64,000 nt of DNA from Aulosira sp. ZfuVER01 (GCA_034530615.2 JAVRCV020000041.1:192001-256000); one strand, 5' to 3'. Shown: positions 9,774 to 19,921, numbered from the stretch's first letter. Translations and numbers: made by a program. Notes: generated by a model from the letters alone, not told the origin.

Positions 9774-12700
9774 TCACATCAAACCATCACAAATATGTTT
9801 ATCTTCTTGTGAAATTTGCAAGTTAGTATTTAAATAATCATGCAAATAACTACAACTTATTTTCAACAGATTGTTTATTGAATTAGTATCTTTGGTGTTG
9901 ATACTTGGACTGACACTCCAAATTCTCACAAGTTTGTTATCAGCCGAGACTATTATTTGCTCTTTAGGACTAAAATAAACACTGTTTACAGTATCATTAT
10001 GCCAAAACTGCCATAATATCTTGTTATCAGGAATGCTCCAAATACTGACAGTTTTATCTTTACTGGCAGCAGCTACCATTTTACTATCTGGACTAAAACT
10101 GACTCCATAAACTGTATCTTTGTGAAGAAAATCTCTGATTAATTTACCATTAGTAACATTCCAAATTTTCACACTTTTATCCTTACTGGCAGAAGCTAGC
10201 ATGGTATCATCTGGACTAAAACTGACTCCATAAACTGTATCTTTATGTTTCGCTAAATCATTGATTATTTTCTTATTGGCAAGATTCCAAACTTTGATAC
10301 GCTTATCTTCACCTGCTGAAGCAATTTTTTGACTATTTTTGTTAAAACTTACTCCCTGAACAATAGCACCATGAGGTAATTTATGAATTAATTGTGCGTC
10401 TGCAACTCTCCAAATTCTGACATCATTATCAAAGTTAGCAGCTGCAATAGTTTTATCGTCATGACTAAAACTCAGTTTCAAAACACTTCTATTGTCTTTT
10501 TTGAGATCCTTTTGTGGAATTGTTGTTTTTAGGCTACCGTCTTTACTGTTCCAAATTCTGATGACTCCATCACCATCACCGGTGGCTATTAATTTACCAT
10601 CATGACTAAAACTCACAGTCCAAACTGGATAGTTGTGTTGTAGAGGCTCTGTAAATTGTTTACCTTCCCTAGTCCATAGCCTGACAGTTTGATCGGCACT
10701 AGCAGAGGCAATCATTTTACCATCAGGGCTAATGCTAACATCATTAACTCTATCAGTATGTCCTGCTAGGCGATTACGTTCTTGAGATTGATAAATGATG
10801 CTTTGGAGACTAGTAAGCGCATACTGCTGTTTTCCACCAATTTCTTTTAATTTTTTCAGTGCTTTTACACTTTCTATTAGTGCTTCAAGTTGATAGTGAA
10901 CTGTAAATAATTGTTGTGGTTTAGCAATTAAAACTTCCACAACAGCTTTTTCACGTTGTTCTGCTTGTTGCTTCAATCCAATCGCTAAAACAGTAACTAC
11001 TAATAATCCAGCAACTACTAACGACAGCCACCAATTTTTTTGTTTTTCAGCGTGAACTCTATTTCGCGCTTCCTGAGTTTTTTCAGCTTCAGCTTTGGCT
11101 CTTGTCTCTGCTTCTTGTTGACGATATTCTGCTAGTTCTCTGAGTAGCCGTTCTTGGTCTAATTGTGATTGTATTTCTCTATCTTTTTTTGCCAAACTCT
11201 TATCTAAAAACTCAGCTTCCTGTGGTGTCAGTCTTGGCTGAGTTCTCTCTACCCACTCAGCAATTATTGCCAGCTTTGCACCAGTCAATAGAGCATCATC
11301 CGATTTATTAAATCTTTGTTGCCATTCGTGGCAATCTTCATCTAAGGAGCGACTTAGACGAATATTCTCTTGATTTTCAGCAATCCAACTATTGAGTAAT
11401 TTCCATTCAGATAAAAGTGCTTCATGAGCTACCTCTACTGTATTAGCATCAGTAATAATCAAGCGTTGTTGGGAACCCGCTAGTAATCCCACAACTCGTT
11501 GCATTTGTGGTTGTGAATCTGCAACTGCTTCTAATCTCTCCCAGCTAGCACGCCGTCGAGTTACTTCCCCAGCTTCACCTAACTGCACCAATTCCATAAA
11601 CAGGCGACGTACAAATGCTTGATCTAAGCTAGTTAAACTTTGATACAAAATTGTAGCTCGCTTATCTAAAGCTCCTTTAACTCCACCAATTTCTTCATAG
11701 CCTTTATGAGTTAAAAGTGGTTCTGGAAATTCAGGTTTTTCAATACAAACTCGCCACAACTCTTTAAGTGCGTATTGCAGTATAGGTAATGCACCCGGAC
11801 GATTAATAACATCGGCAGCAATTTGTGAGACTAAACTATTTTCAAAAGTCACACCATGTAAATTTGCCGGTTTTTCAATTGCTTCCTCTAAATCGGTAAA
11901 AGACATTGGCGTGACAATGAACGATGTGGGAGGAACACTATTAATTAGATCAGCTATTTCTAAATAGTCAGCACATCTATTTAAAAAATCACCACGAATT
12001 GTGAGAATTATCCGTGTTTGTCGTTCATTAGTTTTAACTTCCTCTACTACTAATTTAATAAAAGCTTTGCGTTCTGCTTCATCTTGACAGAGAGTAAATA
12101 TTTCTTCAAATTGATCGATAAACAACAGATAGAGTTTATTTTGCTGCTGTTGTTGAGTTAGAACTTCAACAAGTTTGCCTAGGGGATTTTCTCCAGGGGT
12201 AAAAGATGCAATTTCCCATTGACTACTTCCAGGGAGGCGAGCGCTTTTTAGTTGCGGTAACAATCCTGCTTTCACTAAGGACGATTTGCCACTACCTGAA
12301 TAGCCGATGACAGCTAGAAAACGACTCTCTGCTAAACGCGCAATTAGAGTACGAACTGCTTGCTCTCGTCCACAAAAATATTGTGCTTGTTCTAATTCAA
12401 AAGCATAAAGTCCTCGATAAGGGTTTTCACGATTGAAAGCTGATGTTTCTTCTGTGGGAATATCTGAACGAGGATATGTCACCAGAGTTATCGAACGTCC
12501 CCAACCCATGCGAATCGGTTCCTGTACTGAACCTTTAAGTTCGTTACTGACAAAATCAAACAAGCGATCGCCACTAATTCGCTGACTGCTACTCGCATTT
12601 TCCGGTGCTAATCCCTTAATAACTGCACCTGTGAAAATGCTATATTCTTCACTTTTAATTACGCCTGCTAGTTCAAAACCACGACAAGCTGTAATTAAGT

Positions 12701-13235
12701 AATAATCCTTCTGCGAACTGAAAGTAGTCAAAGTACGTTCTACCAACTGTCTTTCTAAGAAATAGCCGCTATGACAGCAATCCAGTAGCATCACCAAACT
12801 ACTCAATTGCGAATCTCTAATTAGTTCGTTGAGGCTATCTAAGGGAATGGCATATTTTTGTTCGACAATCTGGTTGTTTGCAACTTCAATCTGACAATCA
12901 GAAGTTGCTAAATATCCTTTTTGCTGTCCTAAATTGTCCGATATCGTAAAACCATGTCCACTAAAATAAATTAGCGCTTCATTTTTAGTAGCTTGTTCTA
13001 GTAAGAATGTTCTCAGTTCTTGACCAATTTGAGCGCCAGTCAACTTTGATGCTGCTATTTCATAACCGTTTTTGTCTTTGTTCCAGCGTTGCGGTAGCCT
13101 TTGAACTGACTGAAAATCACCATACTTTTCTAGTAATTGCGCTACGGCTTCAGCATCATTTGTGGTCTTTGACAAACGGGGTAATGAAGGGCTTTGATAC
13201 TCCCCAATGCCAATAACAAGCGCGTATCGTGCCAT
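9774..13235 (-). CDS. Metacaspase (peptidase C14)-STAND NTPase-TM-WD40 protein
   Basis: ALVIGI, YFSGHG and LDCCHSG His/Cys dyad; NPYRGL..F..GRE, GYSGSGKSS Walker A, IDQFEE Walker B, ALPILQYAL, EVAHEALL; TM WWLSLVVAGLLVVTVLAIGL; about 7 WD40 repeats. Confidence 0.92.
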   Translation of the reverse strand: MARYALVIGIGEYQSPSLPRLSKTTNDAEAVAQLLEKYGDFQSVQRLPQRWNKDKNGYEIAASKLTGAQIGQELRTFLLEQATKNEALIYFSGHGFTISDNLGQQKGYLATSDCQIEVANNQIVEQKYAIPLDSLNELIRDSQLSSLVMLLDCCHSGYFLERQLVERTLTTFSSQKDYYLITACRGFELAGVIKSEEYSIFTGAVIKGLAPENASSSQRISGDRLFDFVSNELKGSVQEPIRMGWGRSITLVTYPRSDIPTEETSAFNRENPYRGLYAFELEQAQYFCGREQAVRTLIARLAESRFLAVIGYSGSGKSSLVKAGLLPQLKSARLPGSSQWEIASFTPGENPLGKLVEVLTQQQQQNKLYLLFIDQFEEIFTLCQDEAERKAFIKLVVEEVKTNERQTRIILTIRGDFLNRCADYLEIADLINSVPPTSFIVTPMSFTDLEEAIEKPANLHGVTFENSLVSQIAADVINRPGALPILQYALKELWRVCIEKPEFPEPLLTHKGYEEIGGVKGALDKRATILYQSLTSLDQAFVRRLFMELVQLGEAGEVTRRRASWERLEAVADSQPQMQRVVGLLAGSQQRLIITDANTVEVAHEALLSEWKLLNSWIAENQENIRLSRSLDEDCHEWQQRFNKSDDALLTGAKLAIIAEWVERTQPRLTPQEAEFLDKSLAKKDREIQSQLDQERLLRELAEYRQQEAETRAKAEAEKTQEARNRVHAEKQKNWWLSLVVAGLLVVTVLAIGLKQQAEQREKAVVEVLIAKPQQLFTVHYQLEALIESVKALKKLKEIGGKQQYALTSLQSIIYQSQERNRLAGHTDRVNDVSISPDGKMIASASADQTVRLWTREGKQFTEPLQHNYPVWTVSFSHDGKLIATGDGDGVIRIWNSKDGSLKTTIPQKDLKKDNRSVLKLSFSHDDKTIAAANFDNDVRIWRVADAQLIHKLPHGAIVQGVSFNKNSQKIASAGEDKRIKVWNLANKKIINDLAKHKDTVYGVSFSPDDTMLASASKDKSVKIWNVTNGKLIRDFLHKDTVYGVSFSPDSKMVAAASKDKTVSIWSIPDNKILWQFWHNDTVNSVYFSPKEQIIVSADNKLVRIWSVSPSINTKDTNSINNLLKISCSYLHDYLNTNLQISQEDKHICDGLM

Positions 13236-13384
13236 CTAATACACCTTGAGTTGGTAAATGCGAGTTAATTTTGACAGGTACACATTGATGGTGGTATTAA
13301 GAAAAACAATACCACAACCAAATTATTCCGCAAGCAGGCTGAAATTTTTCACACACGATACAAAAAGTTTAATTGAGGCAGCCC

Positions 13385-13756
13385 ATGTCAGAAGTGCAGC
13401 GTCTATTTTTTGAAGCGGACGGAGAAATTGACCAGATTGAGATTAATCTCTCAGCAACTGAAACAACTCCGGAAATTGATGAAGAAGATGACGGTATAGA
13501 ATACAAGGATGTACGCACAGATGCGATCGCACGTATGCAACAAGCTCGTCAAATGATTCGTGGCTATACCACGTATGCTCTTAGTGCCTTTAAAGACTTC
13601 AATAGTGCTGAAATTGAGGAAGTAACCCTGAAATTTGGGATTAAGATGGGTGGCAAGGCTGGCATTCCTTACATTACAGAAGGTTCAGCTGAAAGTAATT
13701 TGGAAATTGAAGTGAAGTGCAAATTTCCAGACAAACAAAAACCAATTTCTCAATAG
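13385..13756 (+). CDS. CU044_2847-family / trypsin-co-occurring (Trypco1-like) protein
   Basis: EEVTLKFGIKMGGKAGIPYITEGSAESNLEIEVKC pattern; divergent from the protease gene; ATG at 13385. Confidence 0.72.
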   Translation: MSEVQRLFFEADGEIDQIEINLSATETTPEIDEEDDGIEYKDVRTDAIARMQQARQMIRGYTTYALSAFKDFNSAEIEEVTLKFGIKMGGKAGIPYITEGSAESNLEIEVKCKFPDKQKPISQ

Positions 13757-13829
13757 TAAACACAAGCCTTACCGAATTTTAAATTTTGGATTGAAGATGA
13801 AGGATAAACAAAACAAATACAAATGAGTA

Positions 13830-14702
13830 ATGACCAATGGAAAAATCTATCGTGGTTTATTTGTGGGTTTAGTAACCTTAGATTTCATTTATCTGGCTGA
13901 GTCTGCCCCACAAAATAATCAGAAGATAGTGGCAATTGACTATACTGTAGCAGCAGGTGGCCCGGCGACAAATGCGGCAATCACTTTTAGCCATTTAGGA
14001 AACCAAACCACAGTGTTGGGTGTAGTAGGTTCTCACCCGATGACGCAACTAATTCGCACAGATTTAGCAACTTACAAAGTAGCGATCGCAGATCTTGAGC
14101 CTAACACTACAACATCTGTACCAGTCTCTTCGATTATTGTCACCCAATCTACAGGTGAAAGGGCTGTAGTTTCCATTAATGCAGTTAAAACTCAAGCTAG
14201 TACTGCATCTGTGCCGTCAGATATTTTGCAAAATATTGATATAGTTCTGATTGATGGACATCAGATGGAAGTTGGGATAGCGATCGCTCAAATGGCTAAA
14301 GTTAAGAATATCCCAATTGCAATCGATGGTGGTAGCTGGAAGCCTGGGTTTGAAAAACTCTTACCTTTTGTGGATTACGCTATTTGTTCTAGTAATTTTT
14401 CTCCCCCCAACTGTCACACAGCAGCAGATGTGTTCGCCTATCTCAGTTCTTTGGCAATTCCCCACATCGCCATCACTCATGGAGAACAGCCAATTGAATA
14501 CTTAAGTTGTGGTAATACTGGTATTCTAGATGTGCCGAGCATTTCAGCAGTTGATACACTGGGGGCTGGAGATATTTTTCACGGTGCCTTCTGCCATTAC
14601 ATCTTACAAGCAAGTTTCACTGATGCACTGGCTCAGGCAGCTAAAGTAGCCGCTAAAGCTTGCCAATTTTTCGGCACTCGTCGTTGGATGGATGCACAGT
14701 AG
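13830..14702 (+). CDS. PfkB family carbohydrate kinase
   Basis: GGPATNAA and DTLGAGDIFHGAF signatures. Confidence 0.92.
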   Translation: MTNGKIYRGLFVGLVTLDFIYLAESAPQNNQKIVAIDYTVAAGGPATNAAITFSHLGNQTTVLGVVGSHPMTQLIRTDLATYKVAIADLEPNTTTSVPVSSIIVTQSTGERAVVSINAVKTQASTASVPSDILQNIDIVLIDGHQMEVGIAIAQMAKVKNIPIAIDGGSWKPGFEKLLPFVDYAICSSNFSPPNCHTAADVFAYLSSLAIPHIAITHGEQPIEYLSCGNTGILDVPSISAVDTLGAGDIFHGAFCHYILQASFTDALAQAAKVAAKACQFFGTRRWMDAQ

Positions 14703-14733
14703 TGATTAAATGTACTACCAGAAGGTTGAATTA

Positions 14734-15597
14734 ATGAAAGATTTACAAGAAATATTAGCGATCGCTCGTCAGGTAGGATGGGGAGCAGCAGATATACTTC
14801 GGTCTTATTATCACGGGACGGTGAAAGACTCTAATCTCGAAGTGCAATATAAACAAAATGAGCCTGTCACCGTTGCAGATATAGCTACCAGTCAATATAT
14901 TTTAGATAATTTACAAGCAGTTTTAGGGAATGAAGATTTTACTTACATTAGTGAAGAAACTTATAAATCACAACTAAATCACAATAATTCTACCTGGGTA
15001 TGGATTATCGACCCTTTAGATGGCACGCGAGATTTTATCGATAAAACAGGGGACTATGCAATTCACATTGCTTTAGTCAAAGAAACCCGCCCAGTACTTG
15101 CTATTGTTGCAATACCAGAGGCAGAAAAGTTGTATTTTGCTACCAAAGGCGGGGGTACATTTGTCGAAACCCGTAATGGTTCTGCTGCCTTGCAGATGTC
15201 GTTAGGTTTCAGCAAAAAGCGCCTTGAAGATTTAACTTTAGTTGTTAGTCGCTCTCATCGCAATCAAAGATTAAATTACCTGCTGGAAAATTTACCTTGT
15301 AAGAATCAAAAAGCAATTGGCAGTGTAGGTTGCAAAGTTGCAGCTATTGTTGAGCAACAAGCAGATGTGTATATTTCTCTGTCTGGTAAATCTGCGCCTA
15401 AAGATTGGGACATAGCTGCACCAGAATTAATTTTGACAGAGGCTGGCGGTAATTTCACACACTTTGATGGCTCGCCTTTGCAGTACAACACCGATGATAT
15501 TAATCAATGGGGTGGATTGCTAGCCAGTAATGGTCAGTATCACGAAATGCTGTGTAAACAAGCAGAAAGTATTTTAGCCCAATTCCCTAATAGCTAA
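14734..15597 (+). CDS. 3'(2'),5'-bisphosphate nucleotidase / inositol monophosphatase family (CysQ-like)
   Basis: PVTVAD, ISEE, WIIDPLDGTRDF, WDIAAPELIL. Confidence 0.9.
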   Translation: MKDLQEILAIARQVGWGAADILRSYYHGTVKDSNLEVQYKQNEPVTVADIATSQYILDNLQAVLGNEDFTYISEETYKSQLNHNNSTWVWIIDPLDGTRDFIDKTGDYAIHIALVKETRPVLAIVAIPEAEKLYFATKGGGTFVETRNGSAALQMSLGFSKKRLEDLTLVVSRSHRNQRLNYLLENLPCKNQKAIGSVGCKVAAIVEQQADVYISLSGKSAPKDWDIAAPELILTEAGGNFTHFDGSPLQYNTDDINQWGGLLASNGQYHEMLCKQAESILAQFPNS

Positions 15598-15840
15598 AGA
15601 GTTGAAGAAGCGGGATTATATCTTAATTTAGGAACTATTCAATTTTTATCGTAGGTAATTACTTTTTGGCAAAAATTTTATGTTGAAAAATGCGACAATC
15701 GTGCAATAATTGGATACGTGCAAAAATATAGCCGTAAACATCAGCTTTCGTGAGCTTGCCTGACGATTTATACCTTTGAAATCCAACTCCGTAGGAGTTA
15801 ATTTTCAAATGCTGTGCTACACTAGCGGATATAAAGATTA

Positions 15841-15925
15841 TTTTCGGTTGAGTTATTCGTTTTGATTTCTCAAAAGCGTCTCTCCGAATTTAACTCTCCA
15901 CACTTTCTGAATTCGGAGACAGAAC
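15841..15925 (+). promoter_or_regulatory. Conserved cyanobacterial rbp 5' UTR with RBS-sequestering stem
   Basis: TCTCCGAAT (15881-15889) is complementary to ATTCGGAGA (15911-15919), which contains the RBS. Confidence 0.7.
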
Positions 15926-16228
15926 ATGTCGATTTACGTTGGAAACTTGTCTTATCAGGTAACTGAGGAAGACCTGAAGAGGGCTTTTGCAGAATATGGA
16001 ACGGTGAATCGCGTTCAACTACCTACTGATCGGGAGACAGGTCGGCCACGTGGTTTTGCATTTGTAGAAATGGAAACCGATGCTCAAGAAACAGCTGCTA
16101 TCGATGCACTTGACGGTGCTGAATGGATGGGACGCGATCTAAAAGTTAACAAGGCTAAACCTCGTGAAGAAAGAAGTTCCCCCCGTGGTAACTGGGGCAA
16201 CAACAACCGTAATAATCGCCGCTTCTAA
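15926..16228 (+). CDS. RRM RNA-binding protein (Rbp family)
   Basis: IYVGNL (RNP2), RGFAFVEM (RNP1), short R/G/N tail. Confidence 0.96.
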   Translation: MSIYVGNLSYQVTEEDLKRAFAEYGTVNRVQLPTDRETGRPRGFAFVEMETDAQETAAIDALDGAEWMGRDLKVNKAKPREERSSPRGNWGNNNRNNRRF

Positions 16229-16260
16229 GCCTGACGCTGAAAACTTAAAAATCTAGAGTC

Positions 16261-16296
16261 TCCAGCAGATAAGGCCAAAGGCTCGTTTCTGCTGGA
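16261..16296 (+). terminator. Intergenic hairpin between rbp and rpsU
   Basis: TCCAGCAGA...TCTGCTGGA followed by an AT/T-rich tract. Confidence 0.5.
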
Positions 16297-16342
16297 ATAT
16301 TTTATTTTGTCTATTCATCCATAATTTAGAGGAGGAATGAGA

Positions 16343-16537
16343 ATGACACAAGTAGTACTAGGAGAGAATGAAGGTATTGAATCAGCTTTACGAAGATTTA
16401 AGCGGGAAGTTTCAAAAGCAGGGATTTTCCAAGATATGCGCAAAAAGCGTCACTTTGAGACACCTCTAGAAAAAGAAAAGCGCAAGGCAGTTGCCAGACA
16501 CAAGCAAAGTCGTAGACAACGTTCTCGCTACAGATAA
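16343..16537 (+). CDS. rpsU: 30S ribosomal protein S21
   Basis: [21 protein letters not shown]...[21 protein letters not shown]. Confidence 0.95.
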   Translation: MTQVVLGENEGIESALRRFKREVSKAGIFQDMRKKRHFETPLEKEKRKAVARHKQSRRQRSRYR

Positions 16538-16755
16538 AATTTCTTAGAAATTTGCTTTTCGACTAGCTTTTTGTGTTGAACTACTATGCTTGGTGGCTTG
16601 AGGCTCAAAAAGCTCAAATAAGTAGTCAAGACATCAATAAATAAAAATTTTGGTAGTAGCACTGTCTTTGCTTTCAGTGCTACTACAAATTTATGAGCTA
16701 AATGCAATTGGTTATATATCATCACGCAATCTCTGACTCTAGATTTTCAGAACAA

Positions 16756-17493
16756 ATGTTGCGCCTTTATCATCTATTAATTGGTGCTACCTTAGTAGCA
16801 TTGATCCCTGTGGGGGTAAAATATGGTTCTGGGCTAATTTCTGGGAATAATCCAGAGCAGAAACCCCCAGTGGTACAGACATCAACAAAACCTAACCCTA
16901 TTCCTACTGAGGGGAATATTTGGCAGAATCTCCTGGGTAACACCTCAGCACCCAGCGATTGGCAAGTTGCACCTTGTAAGGGTAACGCACCGCTTTTATG
17001 TGTCACCAGCAAAGGAAAACTTTTAGGTACAGTTGAGATTGGGGTTTACCCGTTAGACAAAAATCCGGCTTTCCAAAAGCAGTTAGAAGCAGCTGGTATT
17101 CCACCGGAGAGCAAAGTAGATTACCAAAACCCTCAGTATCAAACCCAACTATTGACAGCACTGAAGGCTTGGGTAGCAGACAACTATAACACGATCGCCA
17201 AAGACCGTCAGGTTACTTATAAAAACCAGATTATTTTCTCACCCCTGCCCCCACAATCAGTAACAATTGGTAAACTTCCTGGAATCCGCTATGGGTTTGC
17301 CGGACTCAAGCAGCAAGGTGGAGTACAGGAGCAACATATCGGTCATGTTACCTTCGATGGTAAGTCACTTTACGTCATTAGTAGCGCCTTTGATCCAGCC
17401 TCCCAAACAGGCAAATTTGATAAGTTAGAAGATTGGGCTATATTCCAACCTTATCTCTATGCGATCGCCACCGATCTGCGCTTACCCAAGTAA
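16756..17493 (+). CDS. Hypothetical exported/membrane-anchored protein
   Basis: Long ORF with N-terminal hydrophobic segment; likely ATG at 16756. Confidence 0.7.
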   Translation: MLRLYHLLIGATLVALIPVGVKYGSGLISGNNPEQKPPVVQTSTKPNPIPTEGNIWQNLLGNTSAPSDWQVAPCKGNAPLLCVTSKGKLLGTVEIGVYPLDKNPAFQKQLEAAGIPPESKVDYQNPQYQTQLLTALKAWVADNYNTIAKDRQVTYKNQIIFSPLPPQSVTIGKLPGIRYGFAGLKQQGGVQEQHIGHVTFDGKSLYVISSAFDPASQTGKFDKLEDWAIFQPYLYAIATDLRLPK

Positions 17494-17512
17494 ATTTGTG
17501 GTTGGTATTCTC

Positions 17513-18106
17513 TCAAAAAGATCCTACTACCTGTAGCCCAACAAGCGATCCGCCCGCATCATCACTGCTAATTATGGGAAATAATATCAGCCCATGCTTT
17601 TGGCTTAACTCCAATTTCGCTGTCAGATATCCCAGTGCAGCACCCGCCAGCACTTCTGTAATCCGATGACGATTGAGATTTACCCGTGAATAGGCGATAA
17701 GAGACGCACCAGAGTACCAGAGGATCGCAGAACCGGGGTGATAGTGACTTTGTACAGTTGCGATCGCAAATGCTGCTGTTGCATGACAACTAGGGAAACT
17801 ATCGCGGGAGTCGGAATCGGGGCGTTTCACATCGGTGACTTCTTTTAAAGCTATACAAAGTAGAGTACTTGTACCGAGGGAATCTAACGCCCGCAGGGAA
17901 TGTTGTCCGCCTTGTTTACCATCCAGCAACAGCGGTAGGGCGACACCAGCACCTAAATAGAGCGCAGTACCACCTCCAGAGACAAACTCAGACACGTCTT
18001 TGTCAAAAGTATCAGCGATCGCTTTAGGTGGAGACATTATGCAGTATAAGGCAATAAAGGCAGGCCATACTGTTTTGAACCAAGATACAAAAAGCCTATT
18101 CTGCAT
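17513..18106 (-). CDS. PAP2 family phosphatase
   Basis: K.....KRP, SFPSCH, SRVNLNRH motifs. Confidence 0.88.
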   Translation of the reverse strand: MQNRLFVSWFKTVWPAFIALYCIMSPPKAIADTFDKDVSEFVSGGGTALYLGAGVALPLLLDGKQGGQHSLRALDSLGTSTLLCIALKEVTDVKRPDSDSRDSFPSCHATAAFAIATVQSHYHPGSAILWYSGASLIAYSRVNLNRHRITEVLAGAALGYLTAKLELSQKHGLILFPIISSDDAGGSLVGLQVVGSF

Positions 18107-18268
18107 TTAATTAATGTATAGTAATTTGCAAGATTTACTCATGATTTCGCTCAGATAAAAGCTAAAGAATTATACTATTTTTTAAACATTTATCAACTCA
18201 TATATAGGATTTTTGGTAATGGATAATTGCAAGTATTACCCATTACCTATTAACAACTACGGAGAAGC

Positions 18269-19156
18269 TTAAATTTCAGCTACAGCTCGTTCAATCAGTC
18301 GACGGGCTAGAGTTTGCGTACCAGTGTGTTCGTAGTAATTGGTTGCCACATCCAAAAATGCAGCTAAGTAATCCAATTTGCTATCAGAAAATTCGACAAA
18401 ACTTTGCAAATGACTGACAACTTTTTGTGGTGTTAAATTATTGGAGGCAACAAGACCACCCATCCAACCTTTCACAGAATCAAAGCTTTCACCAATAAAG
18501 TTTAGTTTACTGCCAGCATTGTTGCCGGGGATGACATCTTTGATACTTTGAAAAGTCGAGTTTTGTTCTAACTCTTGGGGATTAGTTTGGCTTATTCCAG
18601 ATATAGCTTTGCTGATGAAGTCTGGCCCCAAGGGGATTAAACCATCAACGCAGACTAAAGCCACCATGCGAATTAAAGACTCACCACTATACTCACCCAA
18701 AGAGGCGACAAAATCGCCAATGCTGTCCCCAGGAATGCCATTGATTTGGCAGAAGGCTACCAACTCAGCCACTAATTTTAAAGTTAAGTCAATGGTTTGG
18801 GCTTTGTCAGGTTTGGGAGTGACAGCGTTTAAAAAACCTAACAAAGGAACTTTCTCTCCCACCTTATTGGCTAAAGCTGCTGCACCAAGAGCTTTATCTG
18901 TGCCATCAACGGTTTGATAAAGCCACAAAGCTGTTTGATATCCTTGGGATTTATCGTTGAAAAGATAAATTGCCCGTTCGCCAATTTGTTGAATTAAGTC
19001 TTCGTCAGTTTCGCCCGTCACAGTTTTAATAGTGTTGACAAAGCCTACAGTATTTTGCCACTGACCTGGAGCCACAAAATCAAGGGCATTCAACATAGAA
19101 ATAGTCAAACCACTGGTTGGGAGTTGATCTACCAACTCAAAAATTGATTTGCTCAA
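18269..19156 (-). CDS. Hypothetical protein
   Basis: 295-aa ORF, TTG start with AGGAG RBS. Confidence 0.8.
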   Translation of the reverse strand: MSKSIFELVDQLPTSGLTISMLNALDFVAPGQWQNTVGFVNTIKTVTGETDEDLIQQIGERAIYLFNDKSQGYQTALWLYQTVDGTDKALGAAALANKVGEKVPLLGFLNAVTPKPDKAQTIDLTLKLVAELVAFCQINGIPGDSIGDFVASLGEYSGESLIRMVALVCVDGLIPLGPDFISKAISGISQTNPQELEQNSTFQSIKDVIPGNNAGSKLNFIGESFDSVKGWMGGLVASNNLTPQKVVSHLQSFVEFSDSKLDYLAAFLDVATNYYEHTGTQTLARRLIERAVAEI

Positions 19157-19203
19157 AACAATCTCCTATTTAGCTGTTGTAATTTTGATTTCTGTAGTGC
19201 AAG

Positions 19204-19713
19204 TTATTTGAGTTTAGCCAGACCATCAAGATTGAACTTTTCTATCCAAGCTTCCCTGTCTGTTGCTGTAAATGTTGGATCTTTAGAGATGACTTTTACT
19301 TGGTACTTACCTACCAAAATCGAAGTTTGAGTATTACCAAGCGTGACTGCGGGATAACCGCCGACTTTTTTGGTGCTTTTGGAGAATTTCGCGGCTGAAC
19401 CAGGAATACTAGTAGTGTCGGAAATAGCCAGTTGTGCTAAAGTTTTGCCACCTTTTTTCAAGTTTGCTTCCGAAAAGCCTTTTTTCTCTTGAGTATAGAC
19501 GCGCTGATAACCGTCTCCCCCAGTAGGGAAGAATTTGTTCAATTTGCTACCTTGAGTCGCATTTTTAGCAACTGCTTGACCGCTTTTCTGGCGAGTGCTT
19601 TCTTGCTGTGCCTGGTCAAAACGTCCAGGGGTTTTTGGCGTACAGGCTGATGTCAGTAATAATACTGAGATTAACACAGCAGCTAAAATCCTACGTCCAC
19701 GAGGGAAAGTCAT
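19204..19713 (-). CDS. Hypothetical lipoprotein
   Basis: From ATG 19713: basic N-terminus, hydrophobic stretch, lipobox-like LTSAC. Confidence 0.78.
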   Translation of the reverse strand: MTFPRGRRILAAVLISVLLLTSACTPKTPGRFDQAQQESTRQKSGQAVAKNATQGSKLNKFFPTGGDGYQRVYTQEKKGFSEANLKKGGKTLAQLAISDTTSIPGSAAKFSKSTKKVGGYPAVTLGNTQTSILVGKYQVKVISKDPTFTATDREAWIEKFNLDGLAKLK

Positions 19714-19921
19714 GTTTAGTTTGTCCTTATGCTTGAGCATTGAGGCAATTATCAGCGCTTGTTTGTTCTTTCGCCACAAAATTTACTTTTTGATAATTAT
19801 TGCTGGGTATTTAGAATTACAGAAAGTCGGTGGGAAAGCCCACTCCTTCAAAGAGTAAGAAAAACCATCGCCCACCGACTTGGGGCATAGAGTATGGGGA
19901 AAGCCACCAATGTCCTATGCG

